A stretch of 64,000 bases of DNA from Planctomycetota bacterium (GTDB lineage Bacteria; Planctomycetota; UBA1135; UBA2386), in contig OZ245838.1 in assembly GCA_965228735.1 (NCBI GenBank), positions 4,288,001-4,352,000 of the forward strand, in the 5' to 3' direction. The notes under the pieces were generated by a model. It was not told the DNA's origin. It worked only from the letters and a program-made list of their open reading frames with translations, and ran no database searches. Positions 46,743-56,297 of this stretch are shown piece by piece. A program made the position numbers and the translations under genes. Position 1 is the first letter of the stretch. Every line of letters begins with the position of its first letter.

Positions 46743-48323
46743 TCAGTGCCGGAAGTGCCGGCGCCCGGTCATCGCCATGGCCATCCCGTGTTCGTCGGCG
46801 ACGGCGATCACCTCGTGATCGCGCTTGCTGCCGCCGGGCTGGATCGCCGCCGTCACGCCGGCCTGGGCGCACACCTCGAGACCATCGGGGAACGGGAAGA
46901 ACGCGTCACTCGCGACGACGGTTCCGCGAGCGTGCTCGCCGGCCTTGCTGACCGCGATCCGAGCCGCGTCGACGCGACTCATCTGGCCCGCACCGATGCC
47001 GAGCGTGGCACACGCACCGTCGGGCTCGACCTTGGCGAGCACGATCGCGTTGCTCTTGACGTGCTTGCACACTTTCCAGGCGAACAGCATCGCCGTGCGC
47101 TCGTCGTCCGTGGGCTCGCGACCGGCGGCGGACTTCAGTTCGGGATCGCCATCGACGACGTCCGGCGTCTGCAGCAGCGCGCCGCCGGACACGGGGCGCC
47201 ACGTCGGCGCGCGCCGCGCCTCCGGTCCGGGCATGCCGCCGAGCCCGAGCAGGCGAACGTTGGCACCCCACTTCGCGTTCTTCAGCTCGACGACGGCACT
47301 CGTCTCGATCTCCGGCGCGACGACGACCTCGAGGAACGTCCCGCTCGCGACGACGGCCTTGGCCAGCTCACGCGTGAACGGCCGGTTGACCGCGAGGATC
47401 CCGCCGAACGCCGAGACCGGATCGCACGCCCGCGCGAGCTCGAACGCGCGCTCCGTCGTCTCCGCGGTCGCGACGCCGCACGGATTGTTGTGCTTCACGA
47501 GGACGCACGCCGGCCGCTCGAAGTCGAGAACGGCGGCGAGCGCCGCGTCGGCGTCGAGGATGTTGTTGTAGCTCAGCTCCTTGCCGCCCAACTGCCGCGC
47601 GTTCGCGAGCGTCGGACCGGCGTCGCCGCCGACGTAGAACGCCGCGCGCTGATGCGGATTCTCGCCGTAGCGCAGGTCCTGGCGCTTCTGGTAGGCGACG
47701 GACGTGTTGGCGGCGAAGAACGGCTCGTCGGGCTCCGCTCGCCGCTCGCCGTCGAACCACTCGGCGATCGCCGCGTCGTAGGCCGCGGTGTGCGCGAACG
47801 CCTTCGCGGCGAGCCGGCGACGCAGCCCGGCTACCGCGCCCGGATCGGAGGACTCGAGCGCCTCGAGCACGGCGCCGTAGTCGCTCGGATCCACTACGAC
47901 GTAGACGCTGGCGTGGTTCTTCGCCGCGCTGCGCAGCATCGCGGGGCCGCCGATGTCGATGTTCTCGACGATGTCGTCGCGCGTCGCATCCGGCCGCGCG
48001 ACCGTCTCGCGAAAGCGATAGAGGTTGACGCCGAGCAGATCGATCGACTCGATGCCGTGCTCCGCCATCGAGGCGGCGTCGCTCTCGACGTCACGCCGCG
48101 CGAGCAGGCCACCGTGCACGCGCGGATGCAGCGTCTTGATGCGCCCCGCCATCATCTCGGGGAAGCCGGTGTAGTCCGCGACCTCACGCGCCTCGACGCC
48201 CGCGGCCTGCAGCGCACGACGCGTGCCGCCGGTCGAGAGGATGCCGTAGCCGAGCCGCGTCAGCCCCTTCGCGAAGTCGACGATCCCGTTCTTGTCGGTG
48301 ACGGACAGCAGTGCCCACTTCAT
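46743..48323 (-). CDS. purH: Bifunctional AICAR formyltransferase/IMP cyclohydrolase
   Basis: ALLSVTDK, STGGT, GRIKTLHP, IDIGGP, LRYGENPHQ, KHNNPCG, KSNAIV, GAGQMSRVD, SDAFFPF, TG.RHFRH. Confidence 0.97.
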   Translation of the reverse strand: MKWALLSVTDKNGIVDFAKGLTRLGYGILSTGGTRRALQAAGVEAREVADYTGFPEMMAGRIKTLHPRVHGGLLARRDVESDAASMAEHGIESIDLLGVNLYRFRETVARPDATRDDIVENIDIGGPAMLRSAAKNHASVYVVVDPSDYGAVLEALESSDPGAVAGLRRRLAAKAFAHTAAYDAAIAEWFDGERRAEPDEPFFAANTSVAYQKRQDLRYGENPHQRAAFYVGGDAGPTLANARQLGGKELSYNNILDADAALAAVLDFERPACVLVKHNNPCGVATAETTERAFELARACDPVSAFGGILAVNRPFTRELAKAVVASGTFLEVVVAPEIETSAVVELKNAKWGANVRLLGLGGMPGPEARRAPTWRPVSGGALLQTPDVVDGDPELKSAAGREPTDDERTAMLFAWKVCKHVKSNAIVLAKVEPDGACATLGIGAGQMSRVDAARIAVSKAGEHARGTVVASDAFFPFPDGLEVCAQAGVTAAIQPGGSKRDHEVIAVADEHGMAMAMTGRRHFRH

Positions 48324-48331
48324 AGGTCGCC

Positions 48332-49430
48332 TCAGTTTTGCCGCTTCTTCAGGTAAGCCTCGATGAACGGGTCCAGATCGCCGTCCAACACGCCCTGCAC
48401 GTTCGACGTCTCGATCTCCGTCCGCAGGTCCTTGCACATCTGGTAGGGCTGCAGCACGTAGCTGCGGATCTGGTTGCCCCAGCTGATCGAGCCGCGATCG
48501 CCGTAGAACTTGGCGAGCTCCTCCTCGCGCTTGGCGAGCTCCAGCTGATAGAGCTTGGACCGCAGCGTGCGCATCGCGCTGTCGCGGTTCTTGTGCTGGC
48601 TGCGCTCGTTCTGGCAGCTCACGACGATACCCGTCGGCAGGTGGGTGATGCGGATCGCGGACTCCGTCTTGTTGACGTGCTGCCCGCCGGCGCCCGACGC
48701 GCGGAACGTGTCGACGCGCAGGTCGTCCTTCTTGATTTCCACGGACACGTCGTCGTCCATCTCGGGCACGACCTCGACGGACGCGAACGATGTCTGCCGC
48801 CGGGCGTTGCCGTCGAACGGCGAGATCCGCACGAGCCGATGCACGCCCTGCTCGGCCTTGAGCCGGCCGTAGGCGTGCGGCCCCTTGACGTGCACCGTCG
48901 CCGTCTTGATGCCGGCCTCCTCGGCCATCTGCATGTCGTACTCTTCGACGTCGTAGTCGTGCCGCGCCGACCACTTCACGTACATCCGCAGCATCATCTC
49001 GGCCCAGTCCGAGGCATCGACCCCACCCGCGCCCGGCACGATCGTCACGAACGCGTTCTTCACGTCGTGCTCGCCGCCGAGCATGAGCTGGAACTCGAGG
49101 TCGTGCAGCTTGGCGTCGATCTGCTCCCGCACCGCGGCGAGGTCGTCCGCGACGGCGGCCGGGTCCTCCTCACCGAGCTCGAGCAGCACGCGACCATCGT
49201 CGATCAGACGGGTGACGACGTCGATCGGCTCGACGACCTGGAAGCAGAGCTTCTTCTGCAGCACAAGCGGCTGCGCGCGCTCGGGCTCGTCCCAGAAGCC
49301 CGGCTGGGTCATCTGGTGCTCGATGTCCGCTAGCTCACGATGGCGCCGGACGTAGTCAAAGACTCTCCTTGAGCGTGGCCAAACGCTGGTCGGCACGATC
49401 GAGGAGGGAGCGATAGTCGGACACTGCCAT
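48332..49430 (-). CDS. prfB: Peptide chain release factor 2 (programmed +1 frameshift)
   Basis: ATG 49430 gives MAVSDYRSLLDRADQRLATLKESL, then CTT-TGA-C; the +1 frame continues DYVRR... with SPF and GGQ motifs. Confidence 0.96.
49355..49370 (-). promoter_or_regulatory. RF2 autoregulatory frameshift site
   Basis: Minus strand AAGGAG-AGT-CTT-TGA-C: internal SD plus slippery CUU-UGA. Confidence 0.93.
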
Positions 49431-49517
49431 CAGACGCGCGATTGAAGCGCGGCCAGGGTGGAATTCCAAACCTGTCGCACGGCAGGCCCGTGGTCCCGCC
49501 GGGAGCGGCAGGAAAAG

Positions 49518-49583
49518 GAAACTCGCGGCGGGCACTGCAGGCAAAGGATCGAAGTCGGCGAATCAAGGCCCGCCGCGAGTTTC
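49518..49583. repeat. Perfect 16-bp inverted repeat with 34-nt loop (possible terminator/leader structure)
   Basis: GAAACTCGCGGCGGGC (49518-49533) / GCCCGCCGCGAGTTTC (49568-49583); on the minus strand the stem ends UUUC and is followed by CUUUUCC. Confidence 0.6.
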
Positions 49584-49816
49584 ATGTGCGGTCGTCTCGT
49601 TGGGACGAAGTCGGCCACGGGGATGATCGGCCCCGTCCGCGACCGCATGAGCGCGGGCCAGCCGCCGACACCGAGGAACGGTGGGGGCAGCGGGCGGGCC
49701 CGGCGCTCGCATCGGCGACTCGTGCGCCGGGGGTCAGGCAAAGTTTTTTGGCGCTTCGGCGCCGCTCGGCGGCCGGCGGCCCGCCCGGACCGCCATTCTG
49801 GATCACGCAGCAGCGC

Positions 49817-49880
49817 GCCGGATCAGCTGCCGGCCGAACCAGATGCCAGCCGAATCAGATGATCGCCGAATCAGATGATC
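49817..49880. repeat. Four tandem 16-bp units overlapping the stop codon of the Fis-like gene
   Basis: GCCGGATCAGCTGCCG, GCCGAACCAGATGCCA, GCCGAATCAGATGATC, GCCGAATCAGATGATC. Confidence 0.85.
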
Positions 49881-50284
49881 GTCTGCGACGCCGACTTCGC
49901 GAGGCGGCGGCGCGCGACGGCTTCGGCGGACTGGTAGCTCTTGAGCTTGTTGTAGAGCGTCTTCGTGTCGATGCCGAGGATGCGCGCCGCGCGCGTCTTG
50001 TTGCCGCCCGTCGAGGCGAGCACGCGGTGGATGTGGCGCTTCTCGATCTCGGCGAGCGGCAGCTGCAGCACGTCTTCGGGATCGGTCTCGGCGACGAGCT
50101 GACGCAGCGCGGTCGACGGTTCGGCGAGCACCATGTCGTACTCGGCGCCCTGCAGGCGGCCGCGCAGTTCATCGATCGAGGAGCAGCTGCTCGTGAGGCA
50201 GCCCCACTCGGCCGTCGCACGGGTCATCGAGGTCGCGGAAGGGTCGTTCGCGGAGAAGAGAAGCAGTCGTTTTCCGAGTGTCAT
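49871..50284 (-). CDS. Small Fis-type HTH regulator with truncated receiver-like N-terminus
   Basis: LAEIEKRHIHRVL..TGGNKTRAARILGID.KTLYNKLK (HTH_8 as in NtrC-type C-termini); no AAA+ domain. Confidence 0.82.
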   Translation of the reverse strand: MTLGKRLLLFSANDPSATSMTRATAEWGCLTSSCSSIDELRGRLQGAEYDMVLAEPSTALRQLVAETDPEDVLQLPLAEIEKRHIHRVLASTGGNKTRAARILGIDTKTLYNKLKSYQSAEAVARRRLAKSASQTII

Positions 50285-50640
50285 GGTGCTGGGGATGGCA
50301 GTGCTGAGTCGTCATCTGCGGGCGTCGAAACGGCGATCGCAGCGGTCCGTGCGCAAGAGGGGTCTCAGTGAGGAGCTAGGCAAAACAAGCTCGGGGGCGT
50401 TGGGCTTGCTACGTCATGTCGCCTGGGCCGTGAGGCGCCTTACGACTTTTTTCTGTTTCTGCTTCAGCCGCCCGGTACTCGCGCATTCCGAACTATTCGC
50501 AGAATTCGCATTCTTCTTCCCGACCCACGAATCACACCAGGGCGGGATCGCACGGCGAACTCGGGGTTCTCCCCGACGACCGCGCCGTATCGCACGCAGC
50601 GTGAGGATTCGAACAGCGGCGTCGCGCCGCGCGCAGCGCG

Positions 50641-51558
50641 CTACTCGAACGCCTTCGAACCGAGCGACAGGTGACCCTTGCCCGTGCGCAGCATGATGCG
50701 CGTCGTCGCGTCACCGCGCGCACCGATCATCACCGCGCTGTACTTCGCCGGGTTCTCGACCGGGAACCCGAACGCGCTGTGGCACTTGCCGATCTGCGCT
50801 CTGGCGTCGAGCCGGAAGCTCGCGGTCGGCGGCACGTAGCACTGGATCGTGCCGACGCCGGTCTCGAGCCGGACCTCCTGGTCCGGCTCGCGCACGAAGA
50901 CCTGCATGTCACCGACGTCGGCCCGCAGCACGAGGTCACCGCGGTGCTCGTACGCGATCGTGTTGCCGCGGCCCGTCGCCGCCTCGATCCGACCGACGCA
51001 CGTCTCGAAGTGCAGGTCGCCGCGGCCCGTGCGCACGGTGAGCGGACCCCGCCGGTCCTTCGCCGTGACATGACCGTTCTGCGCGATTTCGATCGTGACG
51101 GGCAGCTCCGCCGGCAACCGGAACCCGACGCGCAGGGCCAGCAGGCCGGGCTGGCCGGCCGAAAGCTGGGGCGACCGCACGACGAGCGTCGACGGATCCT
51201 CGGGGTCCGGCACCGCCGCTACGGCGAGCTCGATCGCCTCGATGGCCTGCAGCTGCTCGGGCGTATTTGCGGCCCGCCGCGCACCGCCGCCCACGAGGAT
51301 CGCGGGCTCATCGGTCACGTGCAGTTCGACCGTGCCGTTGTCGACCTCGAAGCGAACCCGCTCGATGCCAGCGGGCAGCTCGACCCGGTCCTCGAACTCG
51401 GCCACCGACCGGTGCGACAAATCGCCCGAACACCCGGTCAGAAGTGGGATTACGGAAATTAGGAGTACGCTCCCGAGCACCGACCCGCGACCGACCCGGC
51501 GGCCGTGGGACCCGGACGCGGGCTGGAGCGGGACGTTCGCGCAAGAGGAATCGGACAT
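50641..51558 (-). CDS. Putative lipoprotein with DUF4097-like beta-strand repeats
   Basis: Lipobox-like LLTGC; repeats of the type (V/L).T..G.(I/L/V) (TGRGDL, TGRGNT, TGVGTI, TGKGHL). Confidence 0.72.
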   Translation of the reverse strand: MSDSSCANVPLQPASGSHGRRVGRGSVLGSVLLISVIPLLTGCSGDLSHRSVAEFEDRVELPAGIERVRFEVDNGTVELHVTDEPAILVGGGARRAANTPEQLQAIEAIELAVAAVPDPEDPSTLVVRSPQLSAGQPGLLALRVGFRLPAELPVTIEIAQNGHVTAKDRRGPLTVRTGRGDLHFETCVGRIEAATGRGNTIAYEHRGDLVLRADVGDMQVFVREPDQEVRLETGVGTIQCYVPPTASFRLDARAQIGKCHSAFGFPVENPAKYSAVMIGARGDATTRIMLRTGKGHLSLGSKAFE

Positions 51559-51665
51559 CGCAATGGCAACGCGGGCAGGGCTCGCTTTTTCGTCGCTCAG
51601 GAGTTTCCTGTCCAGTGCCGCGTTGAGTCGCGGCCCCGCAGATCCGATCCAAACCCATGCCTGCC

Positions 51666-52394
51666 ATGCGATTCCTTCCGATTCTGGCCGCGGCCACGGC
51701 GCTCTCGACGATCCCGGCCCAGGACGCCGCCAGCGCGTTCTCCCCGGCGCAGCGGCAGGAACTGCGCGCGATGATCCGCGCCGAGATCCGCGCCGCGCTG
51801 CAGGACCTGCGGGCGGAGACCACGGCGGTCGCGAAGCCGCGGGCGCTCCAGGCCGTCGAGGTCCTGCCCGTGCGAGCCGTGAAGGCGGTCGATCCCGTGA
51901 CGGCGGTCCGGCCAGTCGAGCGGGTCCGCCCCGTGAAGGCGGTCGCGGTCGAACCGGTGAAGGCCCGGCGCGTGCGAACCCTGCCGGTGAAGTCGCTGCC
52001 CGTCGGACTCCATGCGGTGGAAGCCGAGCCGGTCGAGGCGGTTCAGGCCGAGGCGGTGAAGACGGAACCGGTCAAGGCGCGCCGTCCGATGAAGATCCTC
52101 AGCGGCACGACCGAGGCAGCACCCATCGATCCGGCAATCCTCGAACGACTGCGTTCGGGCGCCAACAAGGAGCTGCTCGACAAGCTGAAGCGCCGCGCGC
52201 GCGTCGTGCCGAGTGAGGACGGTCTGGCCGTCGCGATCACGTTCGACGCCGAGCCCGAGGCCCCTGCGGTCGACGCCGAGAAGGCGACGACGACGTCAGC
52301 CCGCATCGAGACCCGGCTGGCCAAGCTGGCCGAACTCGAGGACCGCCTCGCCCGACTCGCGAAGCGGCTACAACAGCTGCGGCGCCGCCGCTGA
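51666..52394 (+). CDS. Secreted hypothetical protein with V/P/K-rich repeats and C-terminal coiled coil
   Basis: Signal peptide MRFLPILAAATALSTIPAQ; AVEPVK-like repeats. Confidence 0.65.
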   Translation: MRFLPILAAATALSTIPAQDAASAFSPAQRQELRAMIRAEIRAALQDLRAETTAVAKPRALQAVEVLPVRAVKAVDPVTAVRPVERVRPVKAVAVEPVKARRVRTLPVKSLPVGLHAVEAEPVEAVQAEAVKTEPVKARRPMKILSGTTEAAPIDPAILERLRSGANKELLDKLKRRARVVPSEDGLAVAITFDAEPEAPAVDAEKATTTSARIETRLAKLAELEDRLARLAKRLQQLRRRR

Positions 52395-52424
52395 TCCCCG
52401 CTGCCCTTCGACGAGACGATTCCG

Positions 52425-52985
52425 ATGACGACCAACGCCGCGACCCAGGAGCCGGATCCGGTCACCATGGTGGCCTACCACCGCGCGCTGGCGGACCACT
52501 CGGACGGACTCAAGACCTACGCGACGCGTCTGCTCGGCGACTCGATCGCCGCGGAGGACGTCGCCCAGGACTCGTTCCTCGCGCTCTACCGCCACCTCAA
52601 CCAGGTGCCGACCGCGGCGTTCCGACCCTGGCTGTTCCGCGTCGCGCGCAACCTGTGTCTCGACCAGCTGCGCCGCCGCAAGTTCAAGCTCAGCCTCTTC
52701 CGCGACCTGCAGAAGGACGAGGACAACCCGTTCACACCCGCGGACGGCGATCACGCGGCCCCCGATCAGGTCGCCGAGACCAAGGAAGCCAACGCCGCGA
52801 TCGAGAAGGCGATCGAGGAGTTGCCGCTGAAGTTCCGGGAGGCATTCCTGCTCTGCGAAGTCGAAGGACTGAGCTACGAGGACGCGGCGGCCGTGATGGG
52901 CTGCCCCGTCAAGACCGTGTCGACGCGCCTGTTCCGGGCGCGCCAACGCTTCAAGTCACTGGTCAGTCGACTGATCAAGGTCTGA
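52425..52985 (+). CDS. ECF RNA polymerase sigma factor
   Basis: AEDVAQDSFL, FRPWLFRVARN.CLD.LRR, LP.KFREAF.L..VEGLSYE..A..MG.PVKTV.TRLFRAR. Confidence 0.93.
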   Translation: MTTNAATQEPDPVTMVAYHRALADHSDGLKTYATRLLGDSIAAEDVAQDSFLALYRHLNQVPTAAFRPWLFRVARNLCLDQLRRRKFKLSLFRDLQKDEDNPFTPADGDHAAPDQVAETKEANAAIEKAIEELPLKFREAFLLCEVEGLSYEDAAAVMGCPVKTVSTRLFRARQRFKSLVSRLIKV

Positions 52986-53010
52986 TCCGAACGCTGACCA
53001 CCGCACTGCA

Positions 53011-54255
53011 ATGAACTGCAACACCTGCCGCTACGAACTGTCACAGTGCCTCGACGGGCGCCTGCCGTCGGGCCGCCGCACCGTCGTGATGCAACACGTC
53101 TCCGAATGCGAGGCGTGTGCGAGCTTCTGGAACGAGATGCAGGCTGCGCAACGACTGACGCTGCGCCTGCCGCGTGAGGAGGTCGGGGCCGACTTCCGCG
53201 AACGCCTCTTCGAACGCATCGGTGCCGGCGAAGGCTCGCCCGAGGCCATGTTCCGCGACCCCGTGCCGGTGATGGCCAAGGTGCGCTACGCGTTCACGGG
53301 CGCCGCCGCCGCCGCCGCGATGCTGTTCGTCGGCCTGTGGCTGCAGGACGGCGATCGGAACCTGCAGCCGAACGACATGGCGCCGACCGCCGCGCGGGGT
53401 GTGAGCGATGAGGATGTGAGCGATCGGGGTTCGAACGAGACCGGCTCGAACGACGGCACGGTCAGCACGACGGCAATGGCGCAGGTGGCCTCGGCCGGCG
53501 GCACCACCTCAGCTGGTGGCATCAACGGCCTCGGCATCTCCGAGCGCCGCCCCGGCAACGGCGGCTACTACTACGCGGGCCGCAACGTCGACGTCGACGC
53601 GTTTGCCTACGAAGCGGGCACCCGTCCGTTCGGCGGCGTCGCGCTGATCCAGGCCGCGCAGCCGATGGGCACGATGGTGACCGCGCAGGAGACCGCGCGG
53701 CAGCTCGAAGCCCGCTACCGCTCGGTCAACTACCAGCTGGGCCTGCTGCGCCGGCAGCCGCAGCAGATCGACGTGCAGATCGTCGTTCGCCGCATGGTCG
53801 ACGACGCGAGCGAGCTGCGCCTCTTCGCCGACCTCCTGCTCGAGATGCAGCGCCACCAGCGCGTGCGGTTCGACGATCCGGAGATCGGCTCGGAGCTTGA
53901 GCTCGCGGCCGACTCGTTCCGCGACGTGCGGGTCGACCACAGCCTCGACGCGGTGCGCACCGTCGTCGCGACGACCGTGGAGCGCAGCCCGCGCCTCGGC
54001 ACGATCTCGCGCAAGATCGCGGTCAGGCCGGGCGATCGGGCCGAGGACGCGCAGATCCTGATGTGGCTCAACCGCACGCGGCCGGAGGTCTTCCGCATGC
54101 TGTTCATCCCGCTCGGCCCGGGCGACGTGTTCAGCCCCGAGTTCGGGATCATGCGGCAGAGTCACGTGCTCTACTTCTCCGACCCGTGCGGCAACAACCT
54201 CGTCGCGCCGCGCAGCGAGGTCGAGATGCTGAACGGCGCGCCGCAGGTGCGCTGA
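53011..54255 (+). CDS. Zinc-finger (zf-HC2) transmembrane anti-sigma factor
   Basis: MNC..C...LS..LDG.L, HVSECEAC (HxxxCxxC); TM helix; directly follows the ECF gene. Confidence 0.85.
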   Translation: MNCNTCRYELSQCLDGRLPSGRRTVVMQHVSECEACASFWNEMQAAQRLTLRLPREEVGADFRERLFERIGAGEGSPEAMFRDPVPVMAKVRYAFTGAAAAAAMLFVGLWLQDGDRNLQPNDMAPTAARGVSDEDVSDRGSNETGSNDGTVSTTAMAQVASAGGTTSAGGINGLGISERRPGNGGYYYAGRNVDVDAFAYEAGTRPFGGVALIQAAQPMGTMVTAQETARQLEARYRSVNYQLGLLRRQPQQIDVQIVVRRMVDDASELRLFADLLLEMQRHQRVRFDDPEIGSELELAADSFRDVRVDHSLDAVRTVVATTVERSPRLGTISRKIAVRPGDRAEDAQILMWLNRTRPEVFRMLFIPLGPGDVFSPEFGIMRQSHVLYFSDPCGNNLVAPRSEVEMLNGAPQVR

Positions 54256-54416
54256 GAGGCTCCGAGACGGCGCCGGGGCCGCGAGAACGGCCCCGCCCGA
54301 GCCCGCTGGCCGCGGGCGACGCGAGCGCCGGCACGGAGATCCGGGAGAAGGCGCAACCGCGGCGGCGATCCTCGCTACAGTAGGTCGCCCCTCCCGCCTG
54401 CCCGCCTCCCGACCCA

Positions 54417-56294
54417 ATGCTCGCATCCCTCCTGAGCGCGGCGTTCGCCGCGGCGCCATCGCCGCTTCCCTCGTCCGAGCCCAACCCGCCCACGCCGGTG
54501 ACCGCTGCGGCCGCCGCGCCCGCGACGATCCGCGCCGAGAAGGCGCTCAAGGCGCTCTCCACGTGGCTCAAGGCCTACCGGAGCGGCAAGGTCAATCTGC
54601 TGTCGGACAAGTTCATCAACCGGGCCCCGGTGCTCGTGGACTGGAAGGACGCGGAGATCGAGCCCAAGCAGTCGTTCGCCGTGCGCGCCGGCCTCGTCGA
54701 GAAGGACGGGCTGGATGTCTGGACCGCCCGCGAGGACTTCGTGGTCATCATGGATGCCGCGGGCAAGCTCGAGACGGCCGAGGCCGCCGCGCTGCTCGTC
54801 GAGGTCGCGGCACTCGGCTTCGCCCAGGAGGAGTACAAGCGCGCCCAGGAGGTCCACTTCGTCCGTGACTTGGGCATGAAGAAGGTCGAGGCGCTCGCGA
54901 GCACCGCGGCCCGGAAGGAAGTGGCGCGCATCGCGGCCGGCGAGGCTCGGCTGAACAAGAAGCGCGAGATCGCGATGCGCGGCGTGGCCCTGCGCGCGCT
55001 CGCGGCGTACGGCCAGGACCATGTGGCGACGCTGACGGCGCAGATCCTGCACGAGGATCCGCTGCTGCGCTTCCACGCCGCCGAAGCGCTCGCCCGGGTG
55101 GGCGGCGAGCCGGCAGCCGAGGCGCTCATCATCGCGTTGGGGAAGGAGTCGACCGAGGTCGCGATGCCCGCGATGGTCGAGGCGCTGCGCACGATCTATG
55201 CGAGCTATCGCACGCAAGACACCGGCGGCGACGCGGGCGGCGACGACAAGGACAAGGACGACAAGGACAAGACCGGCGACGACGGAGCCGAGGGCGGGGA
55301 CACCCCGGCGGCGGCACCCGCGGTCAAGCTGCCCCCGTCCGCGCGCCAGGCCGTCAAGGTCGCGATCGGTGCGATCGGCCGCACGAGCTGGCGCGGCGAC
55401 ATGGCGCTGCTGCGTCTGCTCGACGACCTGCGCAGCAAGGACGCCGTGCCGGCGCTCATCAAGATCCTCGCGCGCTACCAGCAGAATCCGGACCTCGTGA
55501 AGAGCGGCCAGCTCTCGGGCCTCGTGCTGCACCGCGCCCACGAACTGCTGATGACGATGACGGGCGCCGTCTATCCGGTCGATCAGGTCGCGCAGTGGCA
55601 GGAGTTCTGGCAGAAGGAGAAGGACAAGGTCGACATCCAGAAGCGCCACGCAGCCGAGGGCGCCCAGCGCACCGCGGGATTCTGCGGCATCCCGGTCGAA
55701 GGGTCGCGCGTCGTGTTCATCCTCGACCTGTCGCGCAGCATGACGTTCGCGATGCAGCGCGACGGCGACGGCGGCGCGACGCGGATGGACTTCGCTCGGC
55801 GTGAGCTCGAGCGCGCGATGAACGAGATCTCCGACCAGTCGGCGTTCAACCTCATCACGTTCAACGGCGACGACGAGGCCGAGGTCTGGAGCCGCAAGCT
55901 GCTGCCGGCGACGCCGAAGAACCGCGAGAAGTTCATCAAGTACCTCGGCAAGCTCGAGCCCGACGGCGGCACCAACCTGTGGAGCGCGATCGAAGAGGCG
56001 CTCACGGTCAGCCGCCTCACCTACGCCGAGAACTACGAGAAGGTCATCGACGAGATCTTCATCCTCTCCGACGGCGCGCCGTCGGTCGGCGAGGTCGTCG
56101 ACCCGGTCGAGATCCTGCGCCTCGTGAAGGAAGCCAACCGCTTCGCCAAGGTCCGGATCAACACGGTGTTCATCAACAGCAAGGACCCCGAGGAGTTCCG
56201 GCGCCAGCGCACGCCGTGGATGGGCGACATCAAGCCCCAGGAACTCATGCGCCGCCTCGCCGAAGAGAACGGCGGCCGCTGCGTGATCCTGTAG
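54417..56294 (+). CDS. Secreted HEAT-repeat protein with C-terminal VWA domain
   Basis: HEAT-like LRFHAAEALARVG; W..FW linker; FCGIPV..SRVVFILDLSRSM, GGTN, ILSDG. Confidence 0.85.
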   Translation: MLASLLSAAFAAAPSPLPSSEPNPPTPVTAAAAAPATIRAEKALKALSTWLKAYRSGKVNLLSDKFINRAPVLVDWKDAEIEPKQSFAVRAGLVEKDGLDVWTAREDFVVIMDAAGKLETAEAAALLVEVAALGFAQEEYKRAQEVHFVRDLGMKKVEALASTAARKEVARIAAGEARLNKKREIAMRGVALRALAAYGQDHVATLTAQILHEDPLLRFHAAEALARVGGEPAAEALIIALGKESTEVAMPAMVEALRTIYASYRTQDTGGDAGGDDKDKDDKDKTGDDGAEGGDTPAAAPAVKLPPSARQAVKVAIGAIGRTSWRGDMALLRLLDDLRSKDAVPALIKILARYQQNPDLVKSGQLSGLVLHRAHELLMTMTGAVYPVDQVAQWQEFWQKEKDKVDIQKRHAAEGAQRTAGFCGIPVEGSRVVFILDLSRSMTFAMQRDGDGGATRMDFARRELERAMNEISDQSAFNLITFNGDDEAEVWSRKLLPATPKNREKFIKYLGKLEPDGGTNLWSAIEEALTVSRLTYAENYEKVIDEIFILSDGAPSVGEVVDPVEILRLVKEANRFAKVRINTVFINSKDPEEFRRQRTPWMGDIKPQELMRRLAEENGGRCVIL

Positions 56295-56297
56295 TCG

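Noticed and set aside
49817..49880. CRISPR array
   Set aside because: The units are 16 bp, contiguous and without spacers; no cas genes are present.
50285..50640. c-di-GMP riboswitch or 6S-like RNA in the intergenic region
   Set aside because: GGCAAAAC is present, but I could not find the remaining conserved stems or motifs; an Rfam scan would be needed.
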